62,795 bases of DNA from a virus (lineage: Duplodnaviria > Caudoviricetes). The stretch is from positions 1 to 62,795 of the IMG/VR virus record IMGVR_UViG_3300027754_000091; one strand, 5' to 3'. Below, one piece after another: positions 17,771-27,443 of this stretch; the first letter of the stretch is position 1, and every line of letters starts with the position of its first letter. The position numbers were made by a program, and so were the translations under genes. Below the pieces are notes generated by a model. That model was not told the DNA's origin. It worked only from the letters and a program-made list of their open reading frames with translations, and did no database searches.

Positions 17771-18409
17771 ATGTATAGTAATACTATTATGGTTTTTGAT
17801 TTTGAAACAGGTTCTTTAGATATAAATAAGTGCGAAGTAATTCAAGTTGCAGCTATGGCAATAAATAGAAAGACTCTTGAACCAATTAAAGATGGTGTTT
17901 TTGAAACACTAATAAAACCAAGAGATTTCAACAATCTTCAAGATGAAGCTCTTGCAATAAATAAAAAAACAAGGGAAGAACTTAAGCTTGCACCAAGTAT
18001 TGATGCTGTTTGGAAAAAGCTTGCAGATTTTATTTCAATGTTCAACAACGGCAAAGGAAATATTTCTGCACCAATTCCAGCAGGGAAAAACATAAGGCAT
18101 TTTGATATGCCTATTTTTCAAAGGGTTTGCTCAGAACTTGGTTATGTAGATAAGAATGGAAATCAGACTTTGTTGAATAGAAGGAACATGTATGACCTTG
18201 ATGAAATAATGATGTTGTGGTTTGACAATACTACAGTGGTTCCAAATTATAAAATGGACACATTAAGAGATTTTTTTGGGTTATCCAAGGCTAATGCTCA
18301 TGATGCACTAACTGATGTTCTACAGACTTCTGATATTATTTTGCATTTTTTAAAGTTGCATAGAAGCATTTTTCCAAAAATTAAATTTAAAGATGCATTC
18401 AGAAAGTAA
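17771..18409 (+). CDS. DEDDh 3'-5' exonuclease (DnaQ/epsilon-like)
   Basis: ExoI VFDFETG, ExoII NIRHFD, ExoIII AHDALTDV. Confidence 0.88.
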   Translation: MYSNTIMVFDFETGSLDINKCEVIQVAAMAINRKTLEPIKDGVFETLIKPRDFNNLQDEALAINKKTREELKLAPSIDAVWKKLADFISMFNNGKGNISAPIPAGKNIRHFDMPIFQRVCSELGYVDKNGNQTLLNRRNMYDLDEIMMLWFDNTTVVPNYKMDTLRDFFGLSKANAHDALTDVLQTSDIILHFLKLHRSIFPKIKFKDAFRK

Positions 18410-18411
18410 TT

Positions 18412-20034
18412 ATGAAATATTATAAGTTTGAATGTGGCTGTTCTTGGCCAATAATTGAACAATCTAAAATAGAAGGTGCTTTACCATTAATGGAAGTTGA
18501 TCCATTAAAATTGCCGTATTGCCAGTCAACTTGGGATTTATTTGCAAGAGGCGATACAAAGGGTGTGTTTCAGCTTGAATCAGACCTTGGTAAACAATGG
18601 AGCAAGCGATTAAGGCCAAAGAACGCAGAACACTTATCTGCGATTGGTGCATTGATAAGGCCAGGAACACTTCGTGCATTAGATGAAAACGGCATTAGTA
18701 TGACCACCCATTATTGCAAAAGAGCTAATTTTGAAGAACCTGTTGAGTCATACCACCCTGTTGTTGATGAAATTTTAAAATCAACCTATGGATCATTGGT
18801 GTTTCAAGAACAGGCTATGGAGTTATCTAAGTCTGTTGCTGGCTTTACCCTGCAAGAAGCTGATAAGCTAAGAAAAGCTATGGGCAAAAAACTTGCTAGT
18901 GAGATGGCAAAATGTAAAAAAATATTTATTGAAGGTGCTAAAAAAGTTGAAATTGTAAGCGAAAAACAGGCCGAAGAAATATTTGGTTGGATTGAACAAA
19001 GTCAAAGGTATTCGTTTAACAAAAGTCACAGTTGTTGTTATGGTTTAACTGGATATGATACTGCTTATTTGAAAAGTCATTTTCCAGTCCAATTTTATTG
19101 CAGTTGGTTATATTACGCAAAGGATAAGCTTGATTCTCAACTTGAGATAATGGATCTTGTTGAAGATGCAAGAAAGTTTAACATAGATGTTTTAGCACCA
19201 GATGCTTTTAAATTGAACAAAAATTTTGCAACTGATGGCTTAAATATATGGTTTGGTATTACCGATATTAAAGGGGTTGGTGAATCACAATTCAATAAGC
19301 TTAAAGCATCTATGGAAAAGAACAAAGATAAGCTAAATAATTGGGAAAACTTTGTAGTATTTTGTTCGGATGAAATACCAAGTTCTACTATAATAAAACT
19401 AATATCTGTTGGTGGATTCAAAAGATATAATACATGTAGACAAAAACTTTTAGCAGAATATAATTCTTGGGTACAGTTAACAGATAAAGAAAGAGAATGG
19501 ATTAAAATTAATTTTACAGAATCTACTATAGCTGAATTAATATCTTCAGCAGCAAAACCAAAAAAGGAAAATGGTGGTTGCTCTAATCAGAACAGGGTTT
19601 TGTTTTTAAAGGACTTGGCCAATTTGCTCATTAATCCACCATCCCCGCACATTGACCTTCCTCAATGGCTAATTTGGTCAGAAAAGGATGCTTTGGGCAT
19701 TTCTTTGACTTGTAATGCAATTGATTCATGCGATACAGCACAAGCTAATACCACATGTAAAGAATTTTTAAATGGAAAAACTGGCTTTATGATTTTTGGA
19801 GTGGAAATACGAAGATGTAAAGAAGTTATAACAAAAGCTGGTAAATCTCCAGGATCTAAAATGGCATTTATGTCTATATCAGATTCAACTGGAAAAATAG
19901 ATGATGTAATATGTTTTCCAGATTCGTACAAAGATAGTTGGTCTTTGTTAAAAGAGGGCAACACTGTTTTAATTCATGGTGAAAAAAGCAGAGGTAGCGA
20001 TTCTCTTTTAGTTAAAAAAGTTTTTCAAATTTAG
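18412..20034 (+). CDS. dnaE: DNA polymerase III alpha, C-terminal part (fingers, HhH, OB)
   Basis: GDTKGVFQLES, ALIRPG, TYGSLVFQEQ, ADKLRKAMGKK, YSFNKSHS, IKGVG, MAFMSISDSTG. Confidence 0.92.
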   Translation: MKYYKFECGCSWPIIEQSKIEGALPLMEVDPLKLPYCQSTWDLFARGDTKGVFQLESDLGKQWSKRLRPKNAEHLSAIGALIRPGTLRALDENGISMTTHYCKRANFEEPVESYHPVVDEILKSTYGSLVFQEQAMELSKSVAGFTLQEADKLRKAMGKKLASEMAKCKKIFIEGAKKVEIVSEKQAEEIFGWIEQSQRYSFNKSHSCCYGLTGYDTAYLKSHFPVQFYCSWLYYAKDKLDSQLEIMDLVEDARKFNIDVLAPDAFKLNKNFATDGLNIWFGITDIKGVGESQFNKLKASMEKNKDKLNNWENFVVFCSDEIPSSTIIKLISVGGFKRYNTCRQKLLAEYNSWVQLTDKEREWIKINFTESTIAELISSAAKPKKENGGCSNQNRVLFLKDLANLLINPPSPHIDLPQWLIWSEKDALGISLTCNAIDSCDTAQANTTCKEFLNGKTGFMIFGVEIRRCKEVITKAGKSPGSKMAFMSISDSTGKIDDVICFPDSYKDSWSLLKEGNTVLIHGEKSRGSDSLLVKKVFQI

Positions 20035-20042
20035 GAGCAGAA

Positions 20043-20414
20043 ATGAATATTTGTAGCTTTATGGGTCGTTTAACTAGAGAACCAGAATATGTACAATTGC
20101 AAAACGGAAAAAATGTAATAAATTTTTCTATGGCTGTTAGAAACCCAAACACTAGCAATAAAGATAAACCAGATACAACATTTATTGATTGTGTTGCTTG
20201 GGAAGCAACTGCTGATTTAATAAACAAATATTTTAAAAAAGGCTCTAGAATATTAGTACACACATCTGCAAAAACAGATAATTGGATTGATAAAGACACT
20301 GGTAAAAACAGGTATAAGATTAAGTTTCTTGTCCAAAAATTTTGGTATGTAGATCAAAAACAAGAAGATGCATATTCAAATATTGAAGATGTTGATGTAG
20401 AAGAAGTGATTTAA
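20043..20414 (+). CDS. ssb: Single-stranded DNA-binding protein
   Basis: MNICSFMGRLTREPE, TTFIDCVAW, YFKKGS, acidic tail. Confidence 0.92.
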   Translation: MNICSFMGRLTREPEYVQLQNGKNVINFSMAVRNPNTSNKDKPDTTFIDCVAWEATADLINKYFKKGSRILVHTSAKTDNWIDKDTGKNRYKIKFLVQKFWYVDQKQEDAYSNIEDVDVEEVI

Positions 20415-20415
20415 T

Positions 20416-21915
20416 ATGAAAAAAAGAAAAGTCCTTCTTGTTGGTGAAGCCTCCTATCTTAATTCTGGATATGCCAATTATGGTTTTCAGATAATGAAAA
20501 GGTTTTACGACACTAAGGACTTTGATCTTGCTGAAATAAGTTGTCATGGGAGTGATAAAAGATCAGATGAGATACCTTGGAAAAGTTATGTTGTTCCCAA
20601 AAAATCAAATATCTTTGGCGAAGACATATTCAATGATGTTTTAATTGATTTTAAACCAGATATTGTTTGGTCATTTAGAGATCCTTGGGTAGATGAATTT
20701 ATTGGTGACTCTGTATTAAGAAATAATTTTAAATGGGTTTACATGCCAACTGTTGATGCTTTGCCCTTAGATATTGATTGGGTTGATACCATAAGCAGAG
20801 CAGACCATATTTTGACATATTCTGATTGGGCAGCAAAAGAACTTACGAGTTTATATCCTAGTATAAACATTTTAGGTTCAGCATCTCCTGGTTTTGATAC
20901 CAACTTTAAGCCTGTCGAAGATAAAATTAAATTTAAAAAACAAAATGGCATAAATGAAGATTCGTTAATTATTGGCTCTGTAATGAGGAATCAAAAAAGA
21001 AAACTTATTCCAGACCTACTTGATGCATTTTCTGAGTTTCTAGATAAAGCATCAAAAGAAATTTCTGAAAAATGTTTTTTATATCTTCATACAACTTATC
21101 CAGATGTTGGTTGGAATATACCTAGACTTATTGCGGAGAGGCCAAAAATATCAAACAAGGTTCTTTTTTCTTATAATTGCAACAATTGTTTTAAACTTTC
21201 AATCTCTTCTTTCTGTGGTGCAATTATACAATGCAATAGCTGCAAACAGGTTAATTGCACATTTCCTAGAGTGTCAAAAGGCTCAAAAAGAGATGATATG
21301 GTTATGGTGTATAACCTTATGGATCTATATGTGCAATACTCTTGTGCAGAAGGTTTTGGTATGCCACTAGTTGAAGCAGCATCATGCGGTGTACCAGTTT
21401 GTGCTGTAGACTATAGTGCAATGACTGATATAGTTAAAAAATTAGAAGGTTATCCAATAAAAGTACAAAGATATACATATGAGGTTGAGACAAACAGAAA
21501 GTTTGCTTTGCCAGACAATTCTAGCTTTAGCGATATTTGCATAGATTTTTTTAAGAAACCATACCCTATAAGAAAAGCAATATCTAAAAAAACAAGAGAT
21601 TTAGTTGTTAAAAATTACACATATGAAAAAACATTTGAAAAAATTAAAAACATTTTTTATTCAATAGAACAAGAAAACAAATGGGATTCGCCTTCAAAAT
21701 TTGTTGAAATGCCAAAAGATTTTAAAGACTGCAATTCTAACAACGACATTATTGAAAAGATTTTTAAAAAAATGCCAATAAATATGGGTCATATTAAGCA
21801 GAAATGTTTATTTAAATTAAACAATAGAATGCACGATAAGCAAAAGGTTTTAAAAGAACTGGCTTCAATATTTGATTCTTATAACCACTATGAGTCTTTA
21901 AGGGTAAAAAAATGA
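20416..21915 (+). CDS. GT-B (GT4-like) glycosyltransferase with zinc-ribbon insertion
   Basis: RNQKRK, EGFGMPLVEAASCG (EX7E); inserted CNNC...CNSC. Confidence 0.85.
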   Translation: MKKRKVLLVGEASYLNSGYANYGFQIMKRFYDTKDFDLAEISCHGSDKRSDEIPWKSYVVPKKSNIFGEDIFNDVLIDFKPDIVWSFRDPWVDEFIGDSVLRNNFKWVYMPTVDALPLDIDWVDTISRADHILTYSDWAAKELTSLYPSINILGSASPGFDTNFKPVEDKIKFKKQNGINEDSLIIGSVMRNQKRKLIPDLLDAFSEFLDKASKEISEKCFLYLHTTYPDVGWNIPRLIAERPKISNKVLFSYNCNNCFKLSISSFCGAIIQCNSCKQVNCTFPRVSKGSKRDDMVMVYNLMDLYVQYSCAEGFGMPLVEAASCGVPVCAVDYSAMTDIVKKLEGYPIKVQRYTYEVETNRKFALPDNSSFSDICIDFFKKPYPIRKAISKKTRDLVVKNYTYEKTFEKIKNIFYSIEQENKWDSPSKFVEMPKDFKDCNSNNDIIEKIFKKMPINMGHIKQKCLFKLNNRMHDKQKVLKELASIFDSYNHYESLRVKK

Positions 21916-23045
21916 AGGTTCTTTACATAGGCGTTTATCGTGACGGAACAGGCTATGGTCAGGCAGCAGAAGATTACATTCTTTCTTTGGATTCTGTTGG
22001 CGTTGATGTTGTTTGTAGACCCTTAAAACTTAATGATGTCGATTATGCTCCTAATCCAATAGTGTCTAAGCTTGAATCTAAAAGCTCAAAAAATTGTGAT
22101 GTTGTTATTCAACATATGTTGCCAATCCATATGCAGTACAATGGCGATTTTAATTATAATATTGGTCTTTTTGCTTATGAAACCAGCAATTTTAAAATGT
22201 CTGGATGGAAAAATTATTTAAATTTGATGGATGCTAATGTTGTAATAAATAAGCAAATGATTAATTCTTGTTTAAATAGCGGAGTAAATACGCCATTACA
22301 TGTAGTTCCTCATGCTAGAGATTTTTCTAGGTATGTTGAAAAATATGAAAAGCTTGAAACAATAACATCTCAAGTTTCAGATTCTGATTTTATATTCTAC
22401 ACAATAGGCGAAATGACAAAAAGAAAAAACTTTTCTGCATTGTTAAAGGCTTACTTTACAGAATTTTCCGAATCTGAATCTGTTTGTCTTTTAATTAAAA
22501 CCAATAAGTCATCTTATGAATTTTACGATTATTGTGGAAAAATTCTCGATGGCCTTTGCATAAAAAATCCACCAAGAGTTATTGCTGTTACAGAAAGAAT
22601 GTCAAATGAAGACATTAATAGGCTTCATTATACATGTGATGCTTTTGTTCAACCGTCTTACGGTGAAGCTTGGAGCATACCAGCTTTTGATGCAATGGGT
22701 TTTGGTAAAACGCCAATTGTTACTAATTGCACTGGGTATGTTGAATACATAGATGAGTCTGTTGGTTGGCTGGTTAACGGTTTTGAGGAACCAGTATTTG
22801 CTGCTGATAAACAAACAGATGATATATACACATCTGGTGAAAATTGGTTTTCAGTAGATATACTGGATTTAAAAAGAAAGATGAGGCAATGTTATAAAGA
22901 AGAAGGAATTAGGAGGTCAAAAGCTGAAAATGCTTTAGATCGTGCTTACGAATTCTCCCATGAAAAAGTGGGTTCAATCTTTCTTGAGGTATTAAAAAAT
23001 GTCACAAAAGAAAAGAAAACAGAATTGGTTAGAAGAAGCTACTAA
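21912..23045 (+). CDS. GT-B (GT4-like) glycosyltransferase
   Basis: TGYGQAA, KRKN, FVQPSYGEAWSIPAFDAMGFG. Confidence 0.85.
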   Translation: MKVLYIGVYRDGTGYGQAAEDYILSLDSVGVDVVCRPLKLNDVDYAPNPIVSKLESKSSKNCDVVIQHMLPIHMQYNGDFNYNIGLFAYETSNFKMSGWKNYLNLMDANVVINKQMINSCLNSGVNTPLHVVPHARDFSRYVEKYEKLETITSQVSDSDFIFYTIGEMTKRKNFSALLKAYFTEFSESESVCLLIKTNKSSYEFYDYCGKILDGLCIKNPPRVIAVTERMSNEDINRLHYTCDAFVQPSYGEAWSIPAFDAMGFGKTPIVTNCTGYVEYIDESVGWLVNGFEEPVFAADKQTDDIYTSGENWFSVDILDLKRKMRQCYKEEGIRRSKAENALDRAYEFSHEKVGSIFLEVLKNVTKEKKTELVRRSY

Positions 23046-23745
23046 GGTAGAAGTAGAAAAAACCATTTCTTGGAGAGATGAAAGAGATAAAGCTGCTGAT
23101 GAGCAAAAAGAAAATGCCAATAGCAATAAGTTAAAAGCAAAAACAAAAAATCAAGAAATATATATAAATTCTGTATACACTAAAACTGTAACAATATGTT
23201 CTGGTGTTGCTGGAACAGGTAAAACATATATAGCCTGTGGAATAGCAGCAGAAATGCTTATTGATTTGAAAATAGAAAAAATAATTATTGCTAGACCTTT
23301 AGTTGAATGCGGTCAAAGACTTGGTGCGTTCCCTGGAGATTTAAAAGAAAAAACAGAACCATTTATGACAGCTATGCTTGAAGTTTTTAGTAAATTTATG
23401 ACTAAAACAAAAATGCGTAAAATAAAAACAGATGAAGTTTTAGAAATATGTCCATTGGAAATAATGAGAGGAAGAACATTTCATAATTCTGTAATTATTT
23501 TAGATGAAGCACAAAATGCCACTAGAAGACAATTAAAAATGTTTCTAACTAGATTTGGGCAAGAATCAAAAGTTATTATCTGTGGAGATCATACGCAAAC
23601 AGATTTACCGCACTCAGAAGGAAATACAATGAATTGGTTGCTTGATAGACTTGACCACGATGATATCGGTAAGGTATTCTTGACATCTGAAGATGTTCAA
23701 AGACATGGCCTTATTCGATATATAATAGAACAGCTTGGTGAATAA
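22999..23745 (+). CDS. phoH: PhoH-like ATPase
   Basis: GVAGTGKT, ARPLVE, LGAFPGDLKEK, MRGRTF, ILDEAQN, LTRFG, GDHTQTD. Confidence 0.93.
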   Translation: MSQKKRKQNWLEEATKVEVEKTISWRDERDKAADEQKENANSNKLKAKTKNQEIYINSVYTKTVTICSGVAGTGKTYIACGIAAEMLIDLKIEKIIIARPLVECGQRLGAFPGDLKEKTEPFMTAMLEVFSKFMTKTKMRKIKTDEVLEICPLEIMRGRTFHNSVIILDEAQNATRRQLKMFLTRFGQESKVIICGDHTQTDLPHSEGNTMNWLLDRLDHDDIGKVFLTSEDVQRHGLIRYIIEQLGE

Positions 23746-24725
23746 TGCACCATAATGTCAGCAACATATTACGGTCTTCGACTAGAAAATCTAATCAAAG
23801 ACTTAATATTTTAACCTTTTCTACTCATGAAAGATATCAGTCTAATATGGCTGATGTTAATGCAAATTTTTGGGTTATTAATAATCCTAAAATTAAAGCT
23901 TGGAATTTAAATTTTTCAGACATTCCTAAAAATCATACTATGTTAAACAATATTTCACTTTTAAGTGATATACCAACATATATAGATTTTGATTTAATAA
24001 TTTCTCAAAGCAAATTTGTACAATTTAATTTAGCTGTTGAAATAGCGAACTGCTTAAATATTCCACTTGTTTGTATTGAGCATACTGAGATGTTTGAAGA
24101 TAGGAAAAAATTTAAACACATGATTGGTGATACAAACATATTTATATCTGATTATTCTGCCAAAACATGGGAGGCAGATTATGCGTACTATGTTATTGAT
24201 CATGGAATAAATAGTTCTTTGTTTCACAACAAAAATATAAAAAGAGAAAATCAAGTATTAAGCATTGTAAACGATTGGATAAATAGGGATTACGAATGCG
24301 GTTTTACACTTTGGAAAGAGGTTACAGAAGATTTCCCAGTTTATGTGGCTGGAGATACGCCCAACTTTTCTAAACCAGCTAAAAATACAGAAGAACTTAT
24401 TGACATCTATAACAGAAACTCTATATTTTTAAATACCTCGATACATAGTCCAGTTCCAACCACCTTGCTCGAAGCTATGTCTTGTGGCTGTTGTGTTGTT
24501 ACAACTAAAAATGAAATGATAGAGTCATTTATAGAAAATGGCAAAAATGGTTTTATTTCAAACGACAAAGATGAAATTAGAAAAAATTTAGAAGTTTGTT
24601 TGAATAATCCAGAAATGTGTAGAGAAATTGGAAAAAATGCTAGGCAAACAATCATTGACAAGTTTTCTTTGAATGTATTTACACAAAAATGGGATTATGT
24701 TTTAAATAGATCTTTAGGTAAATAA
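23745..24725 (+). CDS. GT-B (GT4-like) glycosyltransferase
   Basis: FLNTSIHSPVPTTLLEAMSCG, IENGKNGF, IGKNARQTI. Confidence 0.82.
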   Translation: MHHNVSNILRSSTRKSNQRLNILTFSTHERYQSNMADVNANFWVINNPKIKAWNLNFSDIPKNHTMLNNISLLSDIPTYIDFDLIISQSKFVQFNLAVEIANCLNIPLVCIEHTEMFEDRKKFKHMIGDTNIFISDYSAKTWEADYAYYVIDHGINSSLFHNKNIKRENQVLSIVNDWINRDYECGFTLWKEVTEDFPVYVAGDTPNFSKPAKNTEELIDIYNRNSIFLNTSIHSPVPTTLLEAMSCGCCVVTTKNEMIESFIENGKNGFISNDKDEIRKNLEVCLNNPEMCREIGKNARQTIIDKFSLNVFTQKWDYVLNRSLGK

Positions 24726-24726
24726 A

Positions 24727-25197
24727 ATGAAAATAAACATTTGTTTTGGAAACTCAAACGAATATTTGAATGGATATATTAATACTAATTTTGTTAAAAA
24801 CAACAATTTTGAAAATTGCCATCCTGAGAATTTAGATTCAATTATAGATGATGGTGAGGCAGATGAAATATTGGCTATCAATGTTTTAAATTATATTGAA
24901 TTTAAGAAAACAAAAGATGTTTTGATTAATTGGTATAAAAAATTAAAATACGATGGTACAATCGTCATATCTTTTTTTGATTTTGCAGAGGTGTGTAGGG
25001 CTTTAACCTCTGGACAATTAGATGTTTTAGATGCAAAGAAACTTATTTATGGCGAGCAAAATGAAGGTTGGCAATTTTTTAAATCTGGATCTTCATTGAT
25101 TGAATTAAAGAAGTTTTTTTTGTCCATTGGTTCTAAGATAGAATATTGTAAAATAGACGGTTTTATTTCACATATTAAAATCAGGAGAGTTAAGTGA
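24727..25197 (+). CDS. Class I SAM-methyltransferase-like protein, divergent
   Basis: KINICFG...LNGYIN, ADEILAINVLNY, WYKKLKYDGTIVI resemble the small methyltransferases of glycan loci; the GCG motif is altered. Confidence 0.55.
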   Translation: MKINICFGNSNEYLNGYINTNFVKNNNFENCHPENLDSIIDDGEADEILAINVLNYIEFKKTKDVLINWYKKLKYDGTIVISFFDFAEVCRALTSGQLDVLDAKKLIYGEQNEGWQFFKSGSSLIELKKFFLSIGSKIEYCKIDGFISHIKIRRVK

Positions 25198-26021
25198 GCA
25201 ATTTACATACAAGCTGTAGAGATTGTTTTTATGCAATTTATGAAGAGTCTGAAAAAACTCAAATAGGTTGTCATTTTAATAAACTGGAAAAAATTAAAGA
25301 AAACGGTATTACAATAACCGAATCTTTTGATGAAGAAAAAGAATTTTTTGTTTTAGAGAAACATGCTTGCATGGCCTATAGAACTAAATCATCTATGATT
25401 GCTGCTAATCAAGATGTTCAAGAAAGTATGACATTAACTAGAAAACAAATGTCGCCCAAAATTGCTGCTGTTATAAATGTATTTAGTAAAGATGAGGAAG
25501 ACTTAAAGAAAACAATTCAGCAAATATCTGATCAAGATGTTCAATTTTACGAAGTTATTTTTTGTGTTTCATCAGATATAAAACCATCAGAAATCATATC
25601 TTTGATGCATAAGTTAAATTGTACATTTAAATGGAATATAAAACAAATAATAGATGAGTACTGGTTAGGTTCTAGGGCTATAAATGTATCTGTTCAAAAT
25701 AGTAAGTCTACATATTTTGCACTTTTTAATTCTGGATTTAATATACCTAAAGCTTTTGTCAAAGAAATTGATGAGGCTATTTGTGATCAGATGAAAAGGT
25801 TTATTGTGCTTCATGGGGTCGATGAACAAGGGAATGGCTCTGTTTATCAAACATATGCATTTAATGCACTTAGGGGCAACGAGGATGCTTTTATCGAACA
25901 AGAAAATGATAAGCCAGCACACACTTTTTTAGAAAAGCTTAATTATCTTGCAGCCCAAAGTGATTTAATGCACCTACTTAAGAAATGTGAAGAAGTATGT
26001 CCTTGCATGAAAAACCAATAG
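25194..26021 (+). CDS. Hypothetical protein with Cys-rich N-terminus and possible degenerate GT-A domain
   Basis: TSCRDCFY...GC...C; later STYFALFNSG where a DxD would sit. Confidence 0.45.
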   Translation: MSNLHTSCRDCFYAIYEESEKTQIGCHFNKLEKIKENGITITESFDEEKEFFVLEKHACMAYRTKSSMIAANQDVQESMTLTRKQMSPKIAAVINVFSKDEEDLKKTIQQISDQDVQFYEVIFCVSSDIKPSEIISLMHKLNCTFKWNIKQIIDEYWLGSRAINVSVQNSKSTYFALFNSGFNIPKAFVKEIDEAICDQMKRFIVLHGVDEQGNGSVYQTYAFNALRGNEDAFIEQENDKPAHTFLEKLNYLAAQSDLMHLLKKCEEVCPCMKNQ

Positions 26022-26767
26022 TATCGATAGTGATACCAAATTATAATTATGGTAAATGGATAGAAGATGCTATAGATAGTGTTGTTAATGATGATTACTC
26101 TAATAAGAGAATAATTGTTGTAGACGATGGATCTACGGATGGCTCTGCTAAAAAAGTATATGGTCTTTTATCAGATGCAAAAGGTTCTGAATCATCTGGA
26201 ATTTCTGGAATAACAGGCAAGTACAAAGAAACAGATGTTGAAACAACATTAATAGCTTGTAATCAATCTAGAGGGCCATCTGCTGCAAGAAATATAGGGA
26301 TAAAGTTTTATTGGGAAAATACTGATGTTTATTCGTTTTTAGATTCCGATGATATGCACATAAATGGAAAAATAAAAGAAAGTTTGTCAGCTTTAATAGT
26401 TGGATGGGGTTCAATTGGTGCTGTATATTGCGATTATACAAACTTTGATTACGAAAATAATATAAGTTTTAAACAGCATAAAGAAGCTTTTTGTTCTGAA
26501 AGAATATTAGAAGAATGTATAATGCCATCATGTAACTTAGTTCCAAAATATGTTTTTGAAAAAATAGGTCTTTTTGATGAGACTATGCGTGTTGCAGAAG
26601 ATTGGGATCTTTGGATAAGAATGTCTAAGCATTTTATTGCTTATCATATTCCAAAAAATCTCAGTATTATCAGGACAGGAAGCTATAATTCTACAAATAC
26701 CGTTTCTGAGGAAGTGTGGTCTAAAAACTGGCAAAGAATACTAGAAAAAATAAAAAATGACAAGTGA
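25997..26767 (+). CDS. GT2 family glycosyltransferase
   Basis: VSIVIPNYN, VVDDGSTD, GPSAARNIG, FLDSDD, FDETMRVAEDWDLW. Confidence 0.92.
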   Translation: MSLHEKPIVSIVIPNYNYGKWIEDAIDSVVNDDYSNKRIIVVDDGSTDGSAKKVYGLLSDAKGSESSGISGITGKYKETDVETTLIACNQSRGPSAARNIGIKFYWENTDVYSFLDSDDMHINGKIKESLSALIVGWGSIGAVYCDYTNFDYENNISFKQHKEAFCSERILEECIMPSCNLVPKYVFEKIGLFDETMRVAEDWDLWIRMSKHFIAYHIPKNLSIIRTGSYNSTNTVSEEVWSKNWQRILEKIKNDK

Positions 26768-27443
26768 CATGTGCATCATTATTCCAGTTGCTGGTCTTGG
26801 CAAAAGAATGAAGGCATATGGCCCCAAGGCATCAATACGAATTGATAAAGATGAAACAGTATTAAGTAGACAAATTAAAATTTTAAGAAACTTCTTTCCA
26901 AAATCAAAAATAATTGTTGTTTGCGGTTTTCAAAAAGAAAAAATATTTGAAATAATTGACGAAGATATTGTTTGTGTTGAAAATAAAAAATATAAAAATT
27001 CCAATGTTTGTCTTTCAATTAAAATAGCACTAGATAAATGTCATTGCAAAAAGATTCTAATAGTTAATGGTGATTTGGTTTTTACTGGTGAAATATTTAA
27101 CACAATGCCAAAAAACACATCTTGGATTGCTATTGACACTAACATAAATCAAAGATCATCTGAGGTTGGCGTTAACATAGTGGAAGGCCAGATAACCAAT
27201 TTCTGCTATGGGTTAAATCCTAAATGGGGCCAGATAGTTTGTTTAATAGGAAAAGAAATGGATTTCTTTAAAAAAATAGTTATTCTAGAAAGGTCTGAAA
27301 AAAAATTCTCTTTTGAAATATTAAATGATGTTATAGATATGGGCGGTATTATAAAGCCACAAATAAACAAGAAGTGGAAGCTTGTTGAAATAGATACATC
27401 TAAAGATATAGCCAGAGCTAAAAAGCTTGTAAGGAAGGTTTAA
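26757..27443 (+). CDS. Sugar/choline-phosphate nucleotidyltransferase (LicC-like NTP transferase)
   Basis: IIPVAGLGKRM...PKA, VNGDLVF, EIDTSKD. Confidence 0.8.
   Translation: MTSDMCIIIPVAGLGKRMKAYGPKASIRIDKDETVLSRQIKILRNFFPKSKIIVVCGFQKEKIFEIIDEDIVCVENKKYKNSNVCLSIKIALDKCHCKKILIVNGDLVFTGEIFNTMPKNTSWIAIDTNINQRSSEVGVNIVEGQITNFCYGLNPKWGQIVCLIGKEMDFFKKIVILERSEKKFSFEILNDVIDMGGIIKPQINKKWKLVEIDTSKDIARAKKLVRKV

Noticed and set aside
17400-18520. Split intein or group I intron joining the dnaE halves
   Set aside because: No Cys/Ser-initiated N-intein after KFDILG and no HN-C/S/T junction at the start of the C gene; the gap is fully occupied by two coupled ORFs with no room for a ribozyme core
22999-23745. 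phoH as a novel auxiliary gene
   Set aside because: PhoH is widespread in large aquatic phages; only its position inside the GT island is mildly notable
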